This document shows, piece after piece, positions 24,901 through 32,256 of a DNA stretch of 64,000 nucleotides (position 1 is the stretch's first letter; each line of letters starts with the position of its first letter). This DNA is from an uncultured Bacteroidales bacterium (lineage in GTDB: Bacteria; Bacteroidota; Bacteroidia; Bacteroidales; Paludibacteraceae). The position numbers and the translations under genes were made by a program. Under the pieces are notes generated by a model. It ran no database searches, was not told the DNA's origin, and was given only the letters and a program-made list of their open reading frames with translations. The stretch covers positions 145,378 through 209,377 of the forward strand of contig CALAUA010000015.1 in the NCBI GenBank assembly GCA_937891975.1, written 5' to 3'.

Positions 24901-27897
24901 GAACATACAGATTACTATCTAGTAGGTTTGGATGGTGATTGGAGCCCTAAAGCAACAAACAAGTTTGTGGATGGGAAACTGAATATCAACCTCGAAGGAA
25001 ATGGTACAAAAGAATTTAAAATTATCAAGCAACAAGGTAATGCGCAAAAATGGCTGAGCAAACAGTTTACGTTCAAACCTACGGCTCTCACGACTTCGGG
25101 TATCACTGAGGATGGCGAAAATATGAAGATTGAGACGGTGCATAATGGCATTTACCAGTTTACGTGGAATAATGGTACGCTGACTGTGGCATATCCAGAC
25201 GTATGTTACTTGCATGGAGACTTTAATAGTTGGACAGATCACCCAAATCATGCGTTGCACAACAGAGATGCAAAAGTATTCTTGGAAGAGGGTGTTACGT
25301 ATGAGTTTAAAGTGGCAGAAAAGGGAGTATATCGTACACAGAGCGGCAACTTATGGGAAACTCCGATTACTTATACTGAGGGTGGCAAGACTATTATAAT
25401 GAATGATGCTACTTCTTATGACTCGGAACCACATCATAACTCCAAAATCACCGCTAATATGTCAGGATTCTACATCTTCCATTACGATGCAGAGACAAAG
25501 AAATTAACTATTTCCTTCCCTCTGGATGTAGACGACTATCGTTTAGCGTACAAAGATGATATTCATCCTTTCCACCCTGCAGGAATTTACATCAAACAAT
25601 GCACAAGTGGAGAACAATTGGATACAATAAGTTTCTTCGTACATCATGAGAAAAAACCGCTTATCATTTTACAACAATGCTTGTCAGTCACTGGAAACTC
25701 TGCAACATGGGAAACCGTTTGCACGTATGAAACCACCAAAAATTTAGAAACAAATATTGAAGGTCATGGCATAGATTCGACGGGTGTATTCAACTTTGTA
25801 TTGCAACAAACCAACGACCCTGAACATGCTGCTCAACTCTTGACAGAAGATGTACATCCATACACGGGCGACTACTACATCCGTACAAATGCAGCTCCAG
25901 GTAAGTGGGTGGAATTCCAGCAAGATGGCAACAAAATGACATACAGCAGTTATGCAGATAACAACGAGCCATTTAGCCACTACTTCTGTAAGTGGGTATC
26001 CACAGAAGCAGAAGCTGCAAATAATACAAATAATGTGAAATATACCATTGCCAATGACTATAGCTATTGCATATCCGACACTTTGGCTGCTGACCCAGAA
26101 GATGCAAGTCCTCGAATTGTGGCAAATGCAAGTGGTGATTTGCCTACCAATAGCGCAAACGTGCGCTTTGGTTGGGATTGGGGTACCAACCAACTTACAC
26201 GTGCATACATGGCAGGTGCTACTAATGCCACAGCGGCTACATTCTTACGAATAGAACAAGCAGAGGACTTGGAGAATAACGAAGGAGCGGCTGTAACAGA
26301 GATTAATTTTACAGACTTGCAAAACTGGATTTATCAAGTGGATGTGAGAGCCAAAAACACAACAACGATAAAACTGACTGCGCTGTATGCTGAGCATCTA
26401 CAATATTTCAAGGGTGATAAAGATAATAGCATGAGGTTGTTGTCGAGTGATGCAGCGGAGAATAAATGGTTTAATATGCGATTAACTTATGATTTCAAGA
26501 CGAACCACTTGATTATAGCTTGGTTACCTGATGATAAACCAATAGGGGGTGAGTTAGATGCAGATATGATGGTGATTCGTGAGCACAATAGGACTGGTGT
26601 ATCGGTTACTCAATTAAATTTGAATAATGCCTTGGAAAAGGTGAAAACAGTATATGCCGTGATGAGCTTTACACAAGATTGGATTAAGAAAAACTCGCGT
26701 GAGCAAAGCATCTACTGGGTATCCTTCCCATTTGATGTGAAACTCTCTGAGGCATTCGGATTCGGAGAGTATGCCGATGCGTGGATCATGCAATACTACG
26801 ATGGCGAAGAACGTGCTAAGAAGGGTTTATATGCAAACTCAGGTACCTATTGGAAGTATATCTTTGATCCAGAGACGATATTAAAGAAAGGTGTGGGTTA
26901 CGTATTGGTACTTGATCTAAATAAGGTTAAGTTTAATCATGGTGTAAATAGCGTTAGTCTCTATTTCCCATCCAATGGTGAGGTGGGTACGATTACGCAA
27001 GCGGAGGAGCCAAATGTCACAGTAGAGGTACCTGCTCACCAATGTAATTTAGGTGTAAGTACAACAGGTATGGATCATAATATTACGGACTCGCACTGGA
27101 ACCTCATTGGTGTACCTGCGTTCAAAGAAATTGACCAATTCAATGTTACGCAATACCATTATGACCAACAAGATGCTAGTTTCTACTATAAGTTCAATAC
27201 GAATTTGAGTAAGTACACTGTTATAAGTTCTACAAGTGTGACTTTCGAAGCAATGTATTCGTATATGGTACAGTTTGCTGGAACAATCAACTGGACAACC
27301 AAAACAGTTGAGGGTGTTACTCCTGCCCAACTCGCAGCACGTCGCAATAGCGAGAGTGAGTTGCCAGAGAAGGTAGTTCTGAACGTAGAGTTGCTTCAAG
27401 GTGAAGAGATGGCAGACCAAACTTTCGTACAACTGCAGCAAGAGGGCGCAACCGCTGACTTTGATATGAACCTCGACCTCACGAAGATTATCAATAGTGG
27501 TGCGAACATCTACACCCTCGCAGGCGAGCAACGTATCCAGTCTGCAGGTAATGCGCTGCCAATGGGCGAAGCCATTGTGCCAGTGGGTGTACAAATCGCT
27601 ACCGAAGGCGAATACACCTTCCGTATGCCTGACGGCACAGAGGGTGTGGTGGTAGAACTCATTGACTACGAGACCAATACGCGTACCAATCTTTTGCTTA
27701 GCGATTATATCGTCACCCTGCCAAAGGGCACAGAAGAAAATCGTTTTGCACTGCATATCCAACCTGAGAAGGATGTGACCACAGGAGTGGGTAATGTAGG
27801 CGATGAGGCGAAAGGCATTGAGAAATACCTCATCGACGGCAAACTCATCATCCGCACCGCAGAGGGTATCTTCGATGCGCAGGGACATAGGTTGTAA
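18904..27897 (+). CDS. Giant cell-surface protein with Listeria-Bacteroides (InlB B) repeats and a T9SS-like C-terminal tail
   Basis: Uninterrupted 2997-aa ORF. Leader is near-identical to giant gene 1. Canonical repeats such as YDGNGKTGGTVP...KAGYTHTGWNTKADGTGTHYDKGASYTL..STTLYAEW. The last ~100 aa are near-identical to giant gene 1. Confidence 0.9.
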   Translation: MNTTFTNYAEKKAKQILNLLQGYTKGIRITAILILLLMGVSNAWAWTAHFSLMGDPVGNNWQNDRDFMINTSTGTTDEWYIYAYVANNQYFALNNGSNQYGPSSNGQAIKNGTGGGQGNYNTNSWKFTGTSGIIKICCAESNDREWYPWVWVEESAPTIKFKHPWNGGSWSEQTATKQNDGTYTYDGKYGNNKGFNAGPSGKYKYNASQTTVEGSPATGDMCRFIWNPVGYVQGGAETKASGTFKIVKLCSLTYDGNGKTGGTVPSATNNQLYNTSITLSSETLTKAGYTHTGWNTKADGTGTHYDKGASYTLTAASTTLYAEWTSTAPTITISTEKTYLRTAYDKLILKIYYSNIPEGYTYRVHATPEAYFNGNENGDNVDRVSISGNGNTTFVSNGYLAQNQYTVEVILWNNGGATDIISNSLSITVEPQLSVQTRARFNNQINTTAAEHPQPEWVHPSQNVGETITASEPKPGYTFAGWTANDDNLIKFDNPNSLTTIVKSKVNGNNNAVAYANYTRVETYAFIQGRFRVNSASRNQMTYTYDDGGQWNEGSTNIQMEYDDTNSRFYLHTYMKPKELTEPHGTNCGECKPYFYIKTSTSSSSLTNATPYWSSSKQYIIEAGKENKKELTNSSSNVVNNNLRFNTQDESGYVILYFDQQYIWYELEHRLEYDANGGTGSAPSRTYHLKGSTTTTASDNIFTRDGYDFQGWNTKADGTGNQYEAEANITIEANTTLYAQWAKPTFTVTLDPQGGTDGTTSVEATYGEEMPEATMPQREGFTFGGYFTETNGGGTQYYNADGSSTKNWDIKEPKTLYAKWIQQYVIVGNGKGSWLNGANWIESVIADDSFDVTKQSSNIIDGSVTYSACPAGLKNFRIVPWGKWDTNHGKEQLTSCNVPSYTNEDNNIAFVTVAEAAITIGFDGTNITVQVDYDAEDLANVKAEVVADTKRMFYFGDELTDRSRQYLYVNELENSTDNHVVTETKGLLLEGVGAQKWLAVAILPPKTYNISNDANWGGVSTGEVVQAGAIYAWHGNQVMVKTAGTPPTLGDVSIRVGRANSGLTASAGGSSIGQAQTITDYYYKKEGESTWTKFDPNNVSALPVGIYKVHALAHDGNIYVRTAEPATLTIYDDYTITYKDQGGSAFTGAHEAGCPAIHLYGQTTELKSATKTGYEFGGWFTSPDCTGEPITTLGATDYTADITLYAKWTAKTYPVTLDQTGAKTPGTPSVTATYYAAMPHIETLPTPKDGYAFAGYYDQKDGAGTQYYDAEGASAHVWDKANDGILYAKWEAITYTITYHLNGGSGAANSTYTIESEDIILPTPTKAGHTFGGWYDNEGCTGEAITKIAQGSTGHKEYWAKWTINSYTILFGTEDGGTVSATVGGNAISSGTSLTYGTQVQLTATPEPGYSFSEWTNGSGNEVSTSNPYTVTIDGNITRNAVFIEATTLYLKPNADWLKDGARFAAYAFDGGEATWYDMEEVGCSGIYSCAIPGSYNKVIFGRMNPNKTENNFDNEVRWEQTIDLSIPTDGTNLFTVTNKPVGSNWNGEWESEPFNPLAYTITLEGEGGTIEITHEGGTATENTTVAPNTIITVALYPHSGYTVGTPKIKIGSNAAANLVVGQKYTICGPTTITANWVETKYAVAVNSNNNTYGTVSPSSVQVGQYTPSQKITATPKAGYRFVNWTATEGVSINSPIFESTTITASQAGTLTANFEKDPTVYLKPSAVWKKDGARFAVYWWKDTKNGWIDMTTVGCNDEYYTAELPAGVTNFKFVRLKPSGGHAFSNAWDQTIDLTLPTNANNLFAMKKLHLNIGEWNKDNQKCYAAHFYNSSNESKTINLTEGNDPMVYYCDIPTDKHYTNVVFYRVNPSNTGEIWHQTNDLTIDGDFYTITSFGGDGNKAEGTWTLQSIGEWLALPLPTITYTQPENGTIIVKTIRGVEIPSGTKVPWDTQVLVSVQPNTGYSVEYANIDIGGTQHDVQSGTPYTICGNTTISATMEEHTDYYLVGLDGDWSPKATNKFVDGKLNINLEGNGTKEFKIIKQQGNAQKWLSKQFTFKPTALTTSGITEDGENMKIETVHNGIYQFTWNNGTLTVAYPDVCYLHGDFNSWTDHPNHALHNRDAKVFLEEGVTYEFKVAEKGVYRTQSGNLWETPITYTEGGKTIIMNDATSYDSEPHHNSKITANMSGFYIFHYDAETKKLTISFPLDVDDYRLAYKDDIHPFHPAGIYIKQCTSGEQLDTISFFVHHEKKPLIILQQCLSVTGNSATWETVCTYETTKNLETNIEGHGIDSTGVFNFVLQQTNDPEHAAQLLTEDVHPYTGDYYIRTNAAPGKWVEFQQDGNKMTYSSYADNNEPFSHYFCKWVSTEAEAANNTNNVKYTIANDYSYCISDTLAADPEDASPRIVANASGDLPTNSANVRFGWDWGTNQLTRAYMAGATNATAATFLRIEQAEDLENNEGAAVTEINFTDLQNWIYQVDVRAKNTTTIKLTALYAEHLQYFKGDKDNSMRLLSSDAAENKWFNMRLTYDFKTNHLIIAWLPDDKPIGGELDADMMVIREHNRTGVSVTQLNLNNALEKVKTVYAVMSFTQDWIKKNSREQSIYWVSFPFDVKLSEAFGFGEYADAWIMQYYDGEERAKKGLYANSGTYWKYIFDPETILKKGVGYVLVLDLNKVKFNHGVNSVSLYFPSNGEVGTITQAEEPNVTVEVPAHQCNLGVSTTGMDHNITDSHWNLIGVPAFKEIDQFNVTQYHYDQQDASFYYKFNTNLSKYTVISSTSVTFEAMYSYMVQFAGTINWTTKTVEGVTPAQLAARRNSESELPEKVVLNVELLQGEEMADQTFVQLQQEGATADFDMNLDLTKIINSGANIYTLAGEQRIQSAGNALPMGEAIVPVGVQIATEGEYTFRMPDGTEGVVVELIDYETNTRTNLLLSDYIVTLPKGTEENRFALHIQPEKDVTTGVGNVGDEAKGIEKYLIDGKLIIRTAEGIFDAQGHRL

Positions 27898-27922
27898 GAT
27901 TGCTGCCCAAAAACCTCGCTGA

Positions 27923-27968
27923 AGGTTAAAGGTTAAAGGCGAGAGGTTAGAGGTTAGAGGCGAGGATA
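27923..27968. repeat. Heptamer word array GGTTAAA/GGTTAGA/GGCGAGA (F-word)
   Basis: aggttaaaggttaaaggcgagaggttagaggttagaggcgagg, just 3' of the giant gene 2 stop. Confidence 0.9.
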
Positions 27969-27971
27969 AGA

Positions 27972-28006
27972 AAAATGAGTTGGACACCAATCCAACTCAT
28001 TTTTTA
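27972..28006 (+). terminator. Rho-independent terminator of giant gene 2
   Basis: Perfect 10-bp stem atgagttgga/tccaactcat, 6-nt loop, then TTTTT. Confidence 0.8.
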
Positions 28007-28016
28007 CATTCCAGCC

Positions 28017-28114
28017 TTTACACTTTACACCCTACACTTTACACCTTACACTTTACACCTTACACCCTACACCCTACACTTTACACCTTACACTCTACAC
28101 CTTACACCCTACAC
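28017..28114. repeat. Fourteen tandem heptamers YYTACAC (C-word)
   Basis: tttacac tttacac cctacac tttacac cttacac ..., an uninterrupted 7-nt phase that continues into a B-word unit tctaaac. Confidence 0.95.
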
Positions 28115-28151
28115 TCTAAACAGTAGCCCACATCGTGGGCGTTCACTAAAC
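28114..28151. repeat. B-word / GC-hairpin / B-word composite element (copy 1)
   Basis: ctctaaacagta-gcccac-atc-gtgggc-gttcactaaac. Confidence 0.8.
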
Positions 28152-28259
28152 CGCATCATTGGCACACATCCGTCACGTGGCTAGTGGTAACCGAGTGGTT
28201 TGCGAACTTCAAAATATGTTATATTTTCTCTAAAATTTGGATAATTCAGAAAAAAGCAG

Positions 28260-28267
28260 TAACTTTG
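28260..28267 (+). promoter_or_regulatory. -7 box TAACTTTG for the response regulator gene
   Basis: Embedded in aaaaaagcagtaactttg, the same context as the rplS promoter. Lies 28 nt upstream of the ATG at 28296. Confidence 0.55.
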
Positions 28268-28295
28268 CGCGGAATATTATAAAATTGGAAATGTC

Positions 28296-29462
28296 ATGGC
28301 ACGCATACTGGTGATTGATGACGAGCGCGCGATACGCAATACGCTCAAAGAGATACTAGAGTTTGAGGGCTATACAGTAGATATAGCAGAGAACGGACGT
28401 GTGGGCTTGGAGAAAGCCCTCACGGCACATTTCGACCTTATCTATACCGATATTAAAATGCCAGAAATGGACGGTATGGAGGTGCTTCAGTCCTACCGCA
28501 AAACCATCCAAGAGCATGGAGGAGAAGAAGCGCCTGTGGTGATGATCTCTGGACATGGCACTGTGGAGACGGCCGTGGAAGCACTCAAAAATGGTGCGTT
28601 TGACTTCATCGTTAAGCCACTCGACCTCAACCGCCTGCTACTCACTACCCAACATGCCATTGAGCACAAATCGCTCGTACAAGAAACCAAAGTGCTGCGC
28701 AAAAAGATTGGTGCACGCAATAAGATGGTGGGCGAGAGTGCTGCCATCGAGCGCGTGCGCGCGGTGATAGAAAAGGTGGCACCCACCGAAGCACGAGTGA
28801 TGATTACAGGTGCCAATGGTACGGGCAAAGAGGTAGTTGCACACCTTATTCATGAAAATAGTGCACGTGCCAAGAAACCAATGGTAGAGGTCAACTGCGC
28901 TGCTATACCTAGTGAACTCATTGAGAGTGAACTGTTTGGACATACCAAAGGTAGTTTTACTAGTGCCATCAAAGACAGAGCAGGTAAGTTTGAGCAAGCC
29001 GATGGCGGTACACTCTTCCTCGATGAGATTGGCGATATGAGTCTATCAGCACAAGCCAAAGTGCTACGCGCACTACAAGAGAACGAGATTACACGCGTAG
29101 GTAGCGACAAACCAATCAAAGTCAACGTGCGCGTACTGGCGGCTACGAACAAAGACCTCAAGCACGAGATAGCCGAAGGACGCTTCCGCGAGGACTTGTT
29201 CCACCGACTCAACGTTATTCCTATTCACGTACCTGCGCTCGATGAGAGAAAAGAGGATATACCTTTGCTAGTCAATCACTTTGCAGAGCATATATGCCAA
29301 GAACAGGGGTGGAAAATCAAGACCTTTGATGATAGTGCACTGACCGCATTGCAAGCATGCAATTGGCCAGGTAATATCCGCGAACTGCGCAACGTAGTGG
29401 AGCGACTTATCATCCTCGGCGGCGATACCATTACTGCTGACGATGTGGCGACATTCGCGTGA
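28296..29462 (+). CDS. Sigma-54-dependent response regulator (REC + AAA+), without a C-terminal HTH
   Basis: REC domain (ILVIDDE, TDIKMPEMDG, KPLD). AAA+ domain (ITGANGTGKE, ESELFGHTKGSFTSA, FREDLFHRLNV). Ends 30 aa after WPGNIRELRN. Confidence 0.8.
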   Translation: MARILVIDDERAIRNTLKEILEFEGYTVDIAENGRVGLEKALTAHFDLIYTDIKMPEMDGMEVLQSYRKTIQEHGGEEAPVVMISGHGTVETAVEALKNGAFDFIVKPLDLNRLLLTTQHAIEHKSLVQETKVLRKKIGARNKMVGESAAIERVRAVIEKVAPTEARVMITGANGTGKEVVAHLIHENSARAKKPMVEVNCAAIPSELIESELFGHTKGSFTSAIKDRAGKFEQADGGTLFLDEIGDMSLSAQAKVLRALQENEITRVGSDKPIKVNVRVLAATNKDLKHEIAEGRFREDLFHRLNVIPIHVPALDERKEDIPLLVNHFAEHICQEQGWKIKTFDDSALTALQACNWPGNIRELRNVVERLIILGGDTITADDVATFA

Positions 29463-29481
29463 TGGAACTTAATAGTAGGTG

Positions 29482-29510
29482 TCGCGATTCGGGAGTCGGG
29501 AATTAGGAAT
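29482..29510. repeat. Heptamer word array TCGGGAG/TCGGGAA (E-word) at the regulator / recF junction
   Basis: tcgcgattcgggagtcgggaattaggaat. Confidence 0.85.
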
Positions 29511-29514
29511 AGTA

Positions 29515-30639
29515 ATGATTTTGCGAGAACTTAACATATTGAACTACAAGAATATCCGCGAAGCTGCCATGCAGTTCTCGGATAAGCTCAATTGTTTTAT
29601 CGGGCTCAACGGTCAAGGCAAAACCAATGTGCTTGACGCAATATACTACCTCAGTTTCACTAAGTCTGCCTACAATGCGATTGATAGCCAAAATATCCAC
29701 CACGATGAGGAGATGGCTATGATACAAGGACAATACCTCTTGGGCGAAGACATCGAAACGATTAGTTGTGGACTCAAGCGAGGCGTGAAAAAGCAGTTTC
29801 GTCGTGGTAAGAAAGATTATAAGCGACTACTTGACCACATAGGGCTGATTCCGCTAGTGATGGTATCGCCACAAGATAGCGAACTAGTGGTAGAAGGCAG
29901 CGATGAGCGACGCAAGTTTATGGACGGAGTCATCTCGCAGTACAGCAAACCCTATCTGGAGCACCTTACGCAATACAATGCCTTGCTCAAGCAACGCAAT
30001 GCCCTGCTCAAGCAATATGCTGAGGTAGCAGCCGACGCATTGCCTGTGGCATTGTTTGAAGTATTGGAGATGCAACTCGTACAACATGCGCTACCTATTT
30101 ACCAAGAGCGAGTGCGCTTTATTGAGCAGTTTGTCCCCTACTTCCAAGAGGTATACCGCGCCATATCGGGGGATAAGGAGCAAGTGGCACTGCAATACAT
30201 ATCGCAACTCCACGAACGCGACCTGACTGAAGCACTCGCACGCACACGTCAACGCGACCTCATACTAGGGTGGACATCGCAGGGCATACACAAAGATGAA
30301 CTGGAGATGTCGCTCGGCAACTATCCGCTCAAGCGCGTGGGCAGCCAAGGACAGCAGAAGACCTATCTCTTGGCGATGAAACTGGGACAGGCGCTGTACT
30401 TAGATTCGGTGCATGCAGTGAATACGAAGCCGATATTGCTATTAGATGACATCTTCGACAAACTAGATAGCGAACGCGTGGAAAGGATTGTGCAACTGGT
30501 TGTAGGTGAGCAGTTTGGACAGATATTCATTACCGATACTGACCGCCAACACCTGACTGCTATTCTAAGCGAACAATATATGAATGCCAAAGTTTGGCAT
30601 GTGGATAATGGACAAATTATTGAATCAAACAAACAATAG
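29515..30639 (+). CDS. recF: DNA replication and repair protein RecF
   Basis: ORF trimmed to MILRELNILNYKNI at 29515. Walker A in GLNGQGKTNVLDAIYY. Signature region SQGQQKT, LLLDDIFDKLD. Confidence 0.9.
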   Translation: MILRELNILNYKNIREAAMQFSDKLNCFIGLNGQGKTNVLDAIYYLSFTKSAYNAIDSQNIHHDEEMAMIQGQYLLGEDIETISCGLKRGVKKQFRRGKKDYKRLLDHIGLIPLVMVSPQDSELVVEGSDERRKFMDGVISQYSKPYLEHLTQYNALLKQRNALLKQYAEVAADALPVALFEVLEMQLVQHALPIYQERVRFIEQFVPYFQEVYRAISGDKEQVALQYISQLHERDLTEALARTRQRDLILGWTSQGIHKDELEMSLGNYPLKRVGSQGQQKTYLLAMKLGQALYLDSVHAVNTKPILLLDDIFDKLDSERVERIVQLVVGEQFGQIFITDTDRQHLTAILSEQYMNAKVWHVDNGQIIESNKQ

Positions 30640-30679
30640 TTTAATTAACTCAATTATTAATCTTAAAAACAAAAAAAGT

Positions 30680-32158
30680 ATGAAAAAAATTACTCTTTTT
30701 CTAAGTGCAATGCTCTTTAGCCTGATGAGCATGGCTCAAACAACGGTAAAAATGGACTTTACTACTGCCGAAGGGTTGGATGCTTTAGGTATTCCTCAAC
30801 CAACCGTTGCTGATGGTAGTGCATACAAAACAGACTTGGAAGTTGGCTCTGTTTATACACAGGAGGGAGTCACTTTTACAGCAACAAAGCATGGTAGCGC
30901 AGCTACTCGTATATGGAAGACAACTTCTTATCAAGAATTACGTCATTATAAAGGTGGTGTTATTACCATCGGTGCTCCAACTGGAAAAGTGATTACAAAG
31001 ATTGAGTTGACAGGTTATACTGATGTGATTGGCTTCGAAAATGTCACAGATGGAGTATGGGAAGGATCTTTATCTTCAGTTGACCTAACGGCAGAAGCAA
31101 ATGCTGCTACTATTAAGATCCAGACGATTACTGTTACTTTAGGCGAAGGTGGTGGTGAAAATCCTGGTGGTGACAACCCTGGAGGTGAACTAACCGAAGA
31201 AGTGACTATTAGCGATTTGGCTTATGCGATGGCTTTCTACGAGGAAGAGGAAGGCTTTGCCTATTGGGAAATGCAATTGTTTAATTTGGATGCAACAGGA
31301 GAGGGTATTGACTTTCCACTTGCAATGGTAGCTGTAGAGGCAAAGAGCAAAACTGCGCTCAATGGTACATATGATATGCTTATGGCTGTATATGGAACTG
31401 GAGAAGATGCTGAAGGATATGTTGAGGGTGTTTACATGAGCGAGGATGCTGCTGGTACATTGACCATCAAGAATGTAGATAACGAAGGAACTTACTCATT
31501 TGTAGGTACATTCGTTGGTGAGGATGGTAAGACATACAAACTGAACACAGAATCATTTATGATGTGGGTAGAAGATGGTGTTACTGGTGAGGAGATTACC
31601 TTGAATGAAAATGGTGACGACACCCCAGGCGATGATGACCCTGTAACTCCTCCTGCTGGTGGTGGTGTGACATTCGATGCAGATGTGGACAAAGGTAATG
31701 CAACTGAAACTCGTGCTGCCTATGAAGTGGCTAAGGAAGGTATCACAATGTCTGTAACAGACGGTCGTCTTGGTACATACAATAATGAGGTACACTATCG
31801 CATCTATAAGAGTGCTACCATGACCCTCACTTCTACAGTAGGTAATATCGTTTCTGTAGAGTTTACTTGCACAGGAAATGATGATGAAGATTATGGTCCA
31901 GCTCACTTCACTGTTGATAGTGGCAACTATACCTATGCTGGTGCTATGGGTACATGGACTGGCAATGTATCTACAGTGGTCTTCACTGCAACTACTGCTC
32001 AAGTACGTGCTTCTCAAATCGTTGTGAAGGTTGCTACTGGTACGGGCCTTGAGGATGTAACTACCATCGAGATCCCTGTTAAGGTAATGCAAAATGGTCA
32101 AGTGATGATTATCCGTGGCGAGAACGTTTACAATGTACTTGGTGCACAAGTGAAGTAA
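30680..32158 (+). CDS. Secreted protein of unknown function with a T9SS-like C-terminal tail
   Basis: ORF trimmed to MKKITLFLSAMLFSLMSMAQ at 30680. Gly/Pro linkers (GGGENPGGDNPGG). Tail IPVKVMQNGQVMIIRGENVYNVLGAQVK. Confidence 0.6.
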   Translation: MKKITLFLSAMLFSLMSMAQTTVKMDFTTAEGLDALGIPQPTVADGSAYKTDLEVGSVYTQEGVTFTATKHGSAATRIWKTTSYQELRHYKGGVITIGAPTGKVITKIELTGYTDVIGFENVTDGVWEGSLSSVDLTAEANAATIKIQTITVTLGEGGGENPGGDNPGGELTEEVTISDLAYAMAFYEEEEGFAYWEMQLFNLDATGEGIDFPLAMVAVEAKSKTALNGTYDMLMAVYGTGEDAEGYVEGVYMSEDAAGTLTIKNVDNEGTYSFVGTFVGEDGKTYKLNTESFMMWVEDGVTGEEITLNENGDDTPGDDDPVTPPAGGGVTFDADVDKGNATETRAAYEVAKEGITMSVTDGRLGTYNNEVHYRIYKSATMTLTSTVGNIVSVEFTCTGNDDEDYGPAHFTVDSGNYTYAGAMGTWTGNVSTVVFTATTAQVRASQIVVKVATGTGLEDVTTIEIPVKVMQNGQVMIIRGENVYNVLGAQVK

Positions 32159-32178
32159 TCACTATTTCATCATACTAA

Positions 32179-32211
32179 AATAGGCTACCTTTTGTAGGTA
32201 GCCTATTTTTT
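32179..32211 (+). terminator. Rho-independent terminator
   Basis: taggctacc / ggtagccta stem followed by TTTTTT. Confidence 0.8.
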
Positions 32212-32256
32212 GTTTAGAGAACGCTCACAAAGCGAACTTCTGTTTAGTGTTTAGAG
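32211..32256. repeat. B-word / hairpin / B-word composite element (copy 2)
   Basis: tgtttagagaa-cgct-cacaa-agcg-aacttctgtttagtgtttagag. The stop of gene 32251..32607 lies in the last word. Confidence 0.8.

Noticed and set aside
27049-27990. 313-aa ORF on the minus strand overlapping the 3' end of giant gene 2. The similar plus-strand ORF 5789..6208 overlaps the 3' end of giant gene 1.
   Set aside because: These are antisense shadows of strongly supported genes. The two are mirror images only because the giant-gene tails are homologous. They have no promoter or signal, and their composition is typical of reverse-frame translation.
28017-28151. Possible CRISPR array (regular short repeats). 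The same question was asked of 36245-36343 and 2812-2851.
   Set aside because: Units are 7-11 nt and directly abutting, with no unique spacers of 25-40 nt and no cas genes. These are tandem word arrays, not CRISPR.
27975-28184. 69-aa ORF encoding FTPYTLHLTPYTLH repeats.
   Set aside because: It is a translation of the YYTACAC heptamer array downstream of a strong terminator, so it is not a gene.
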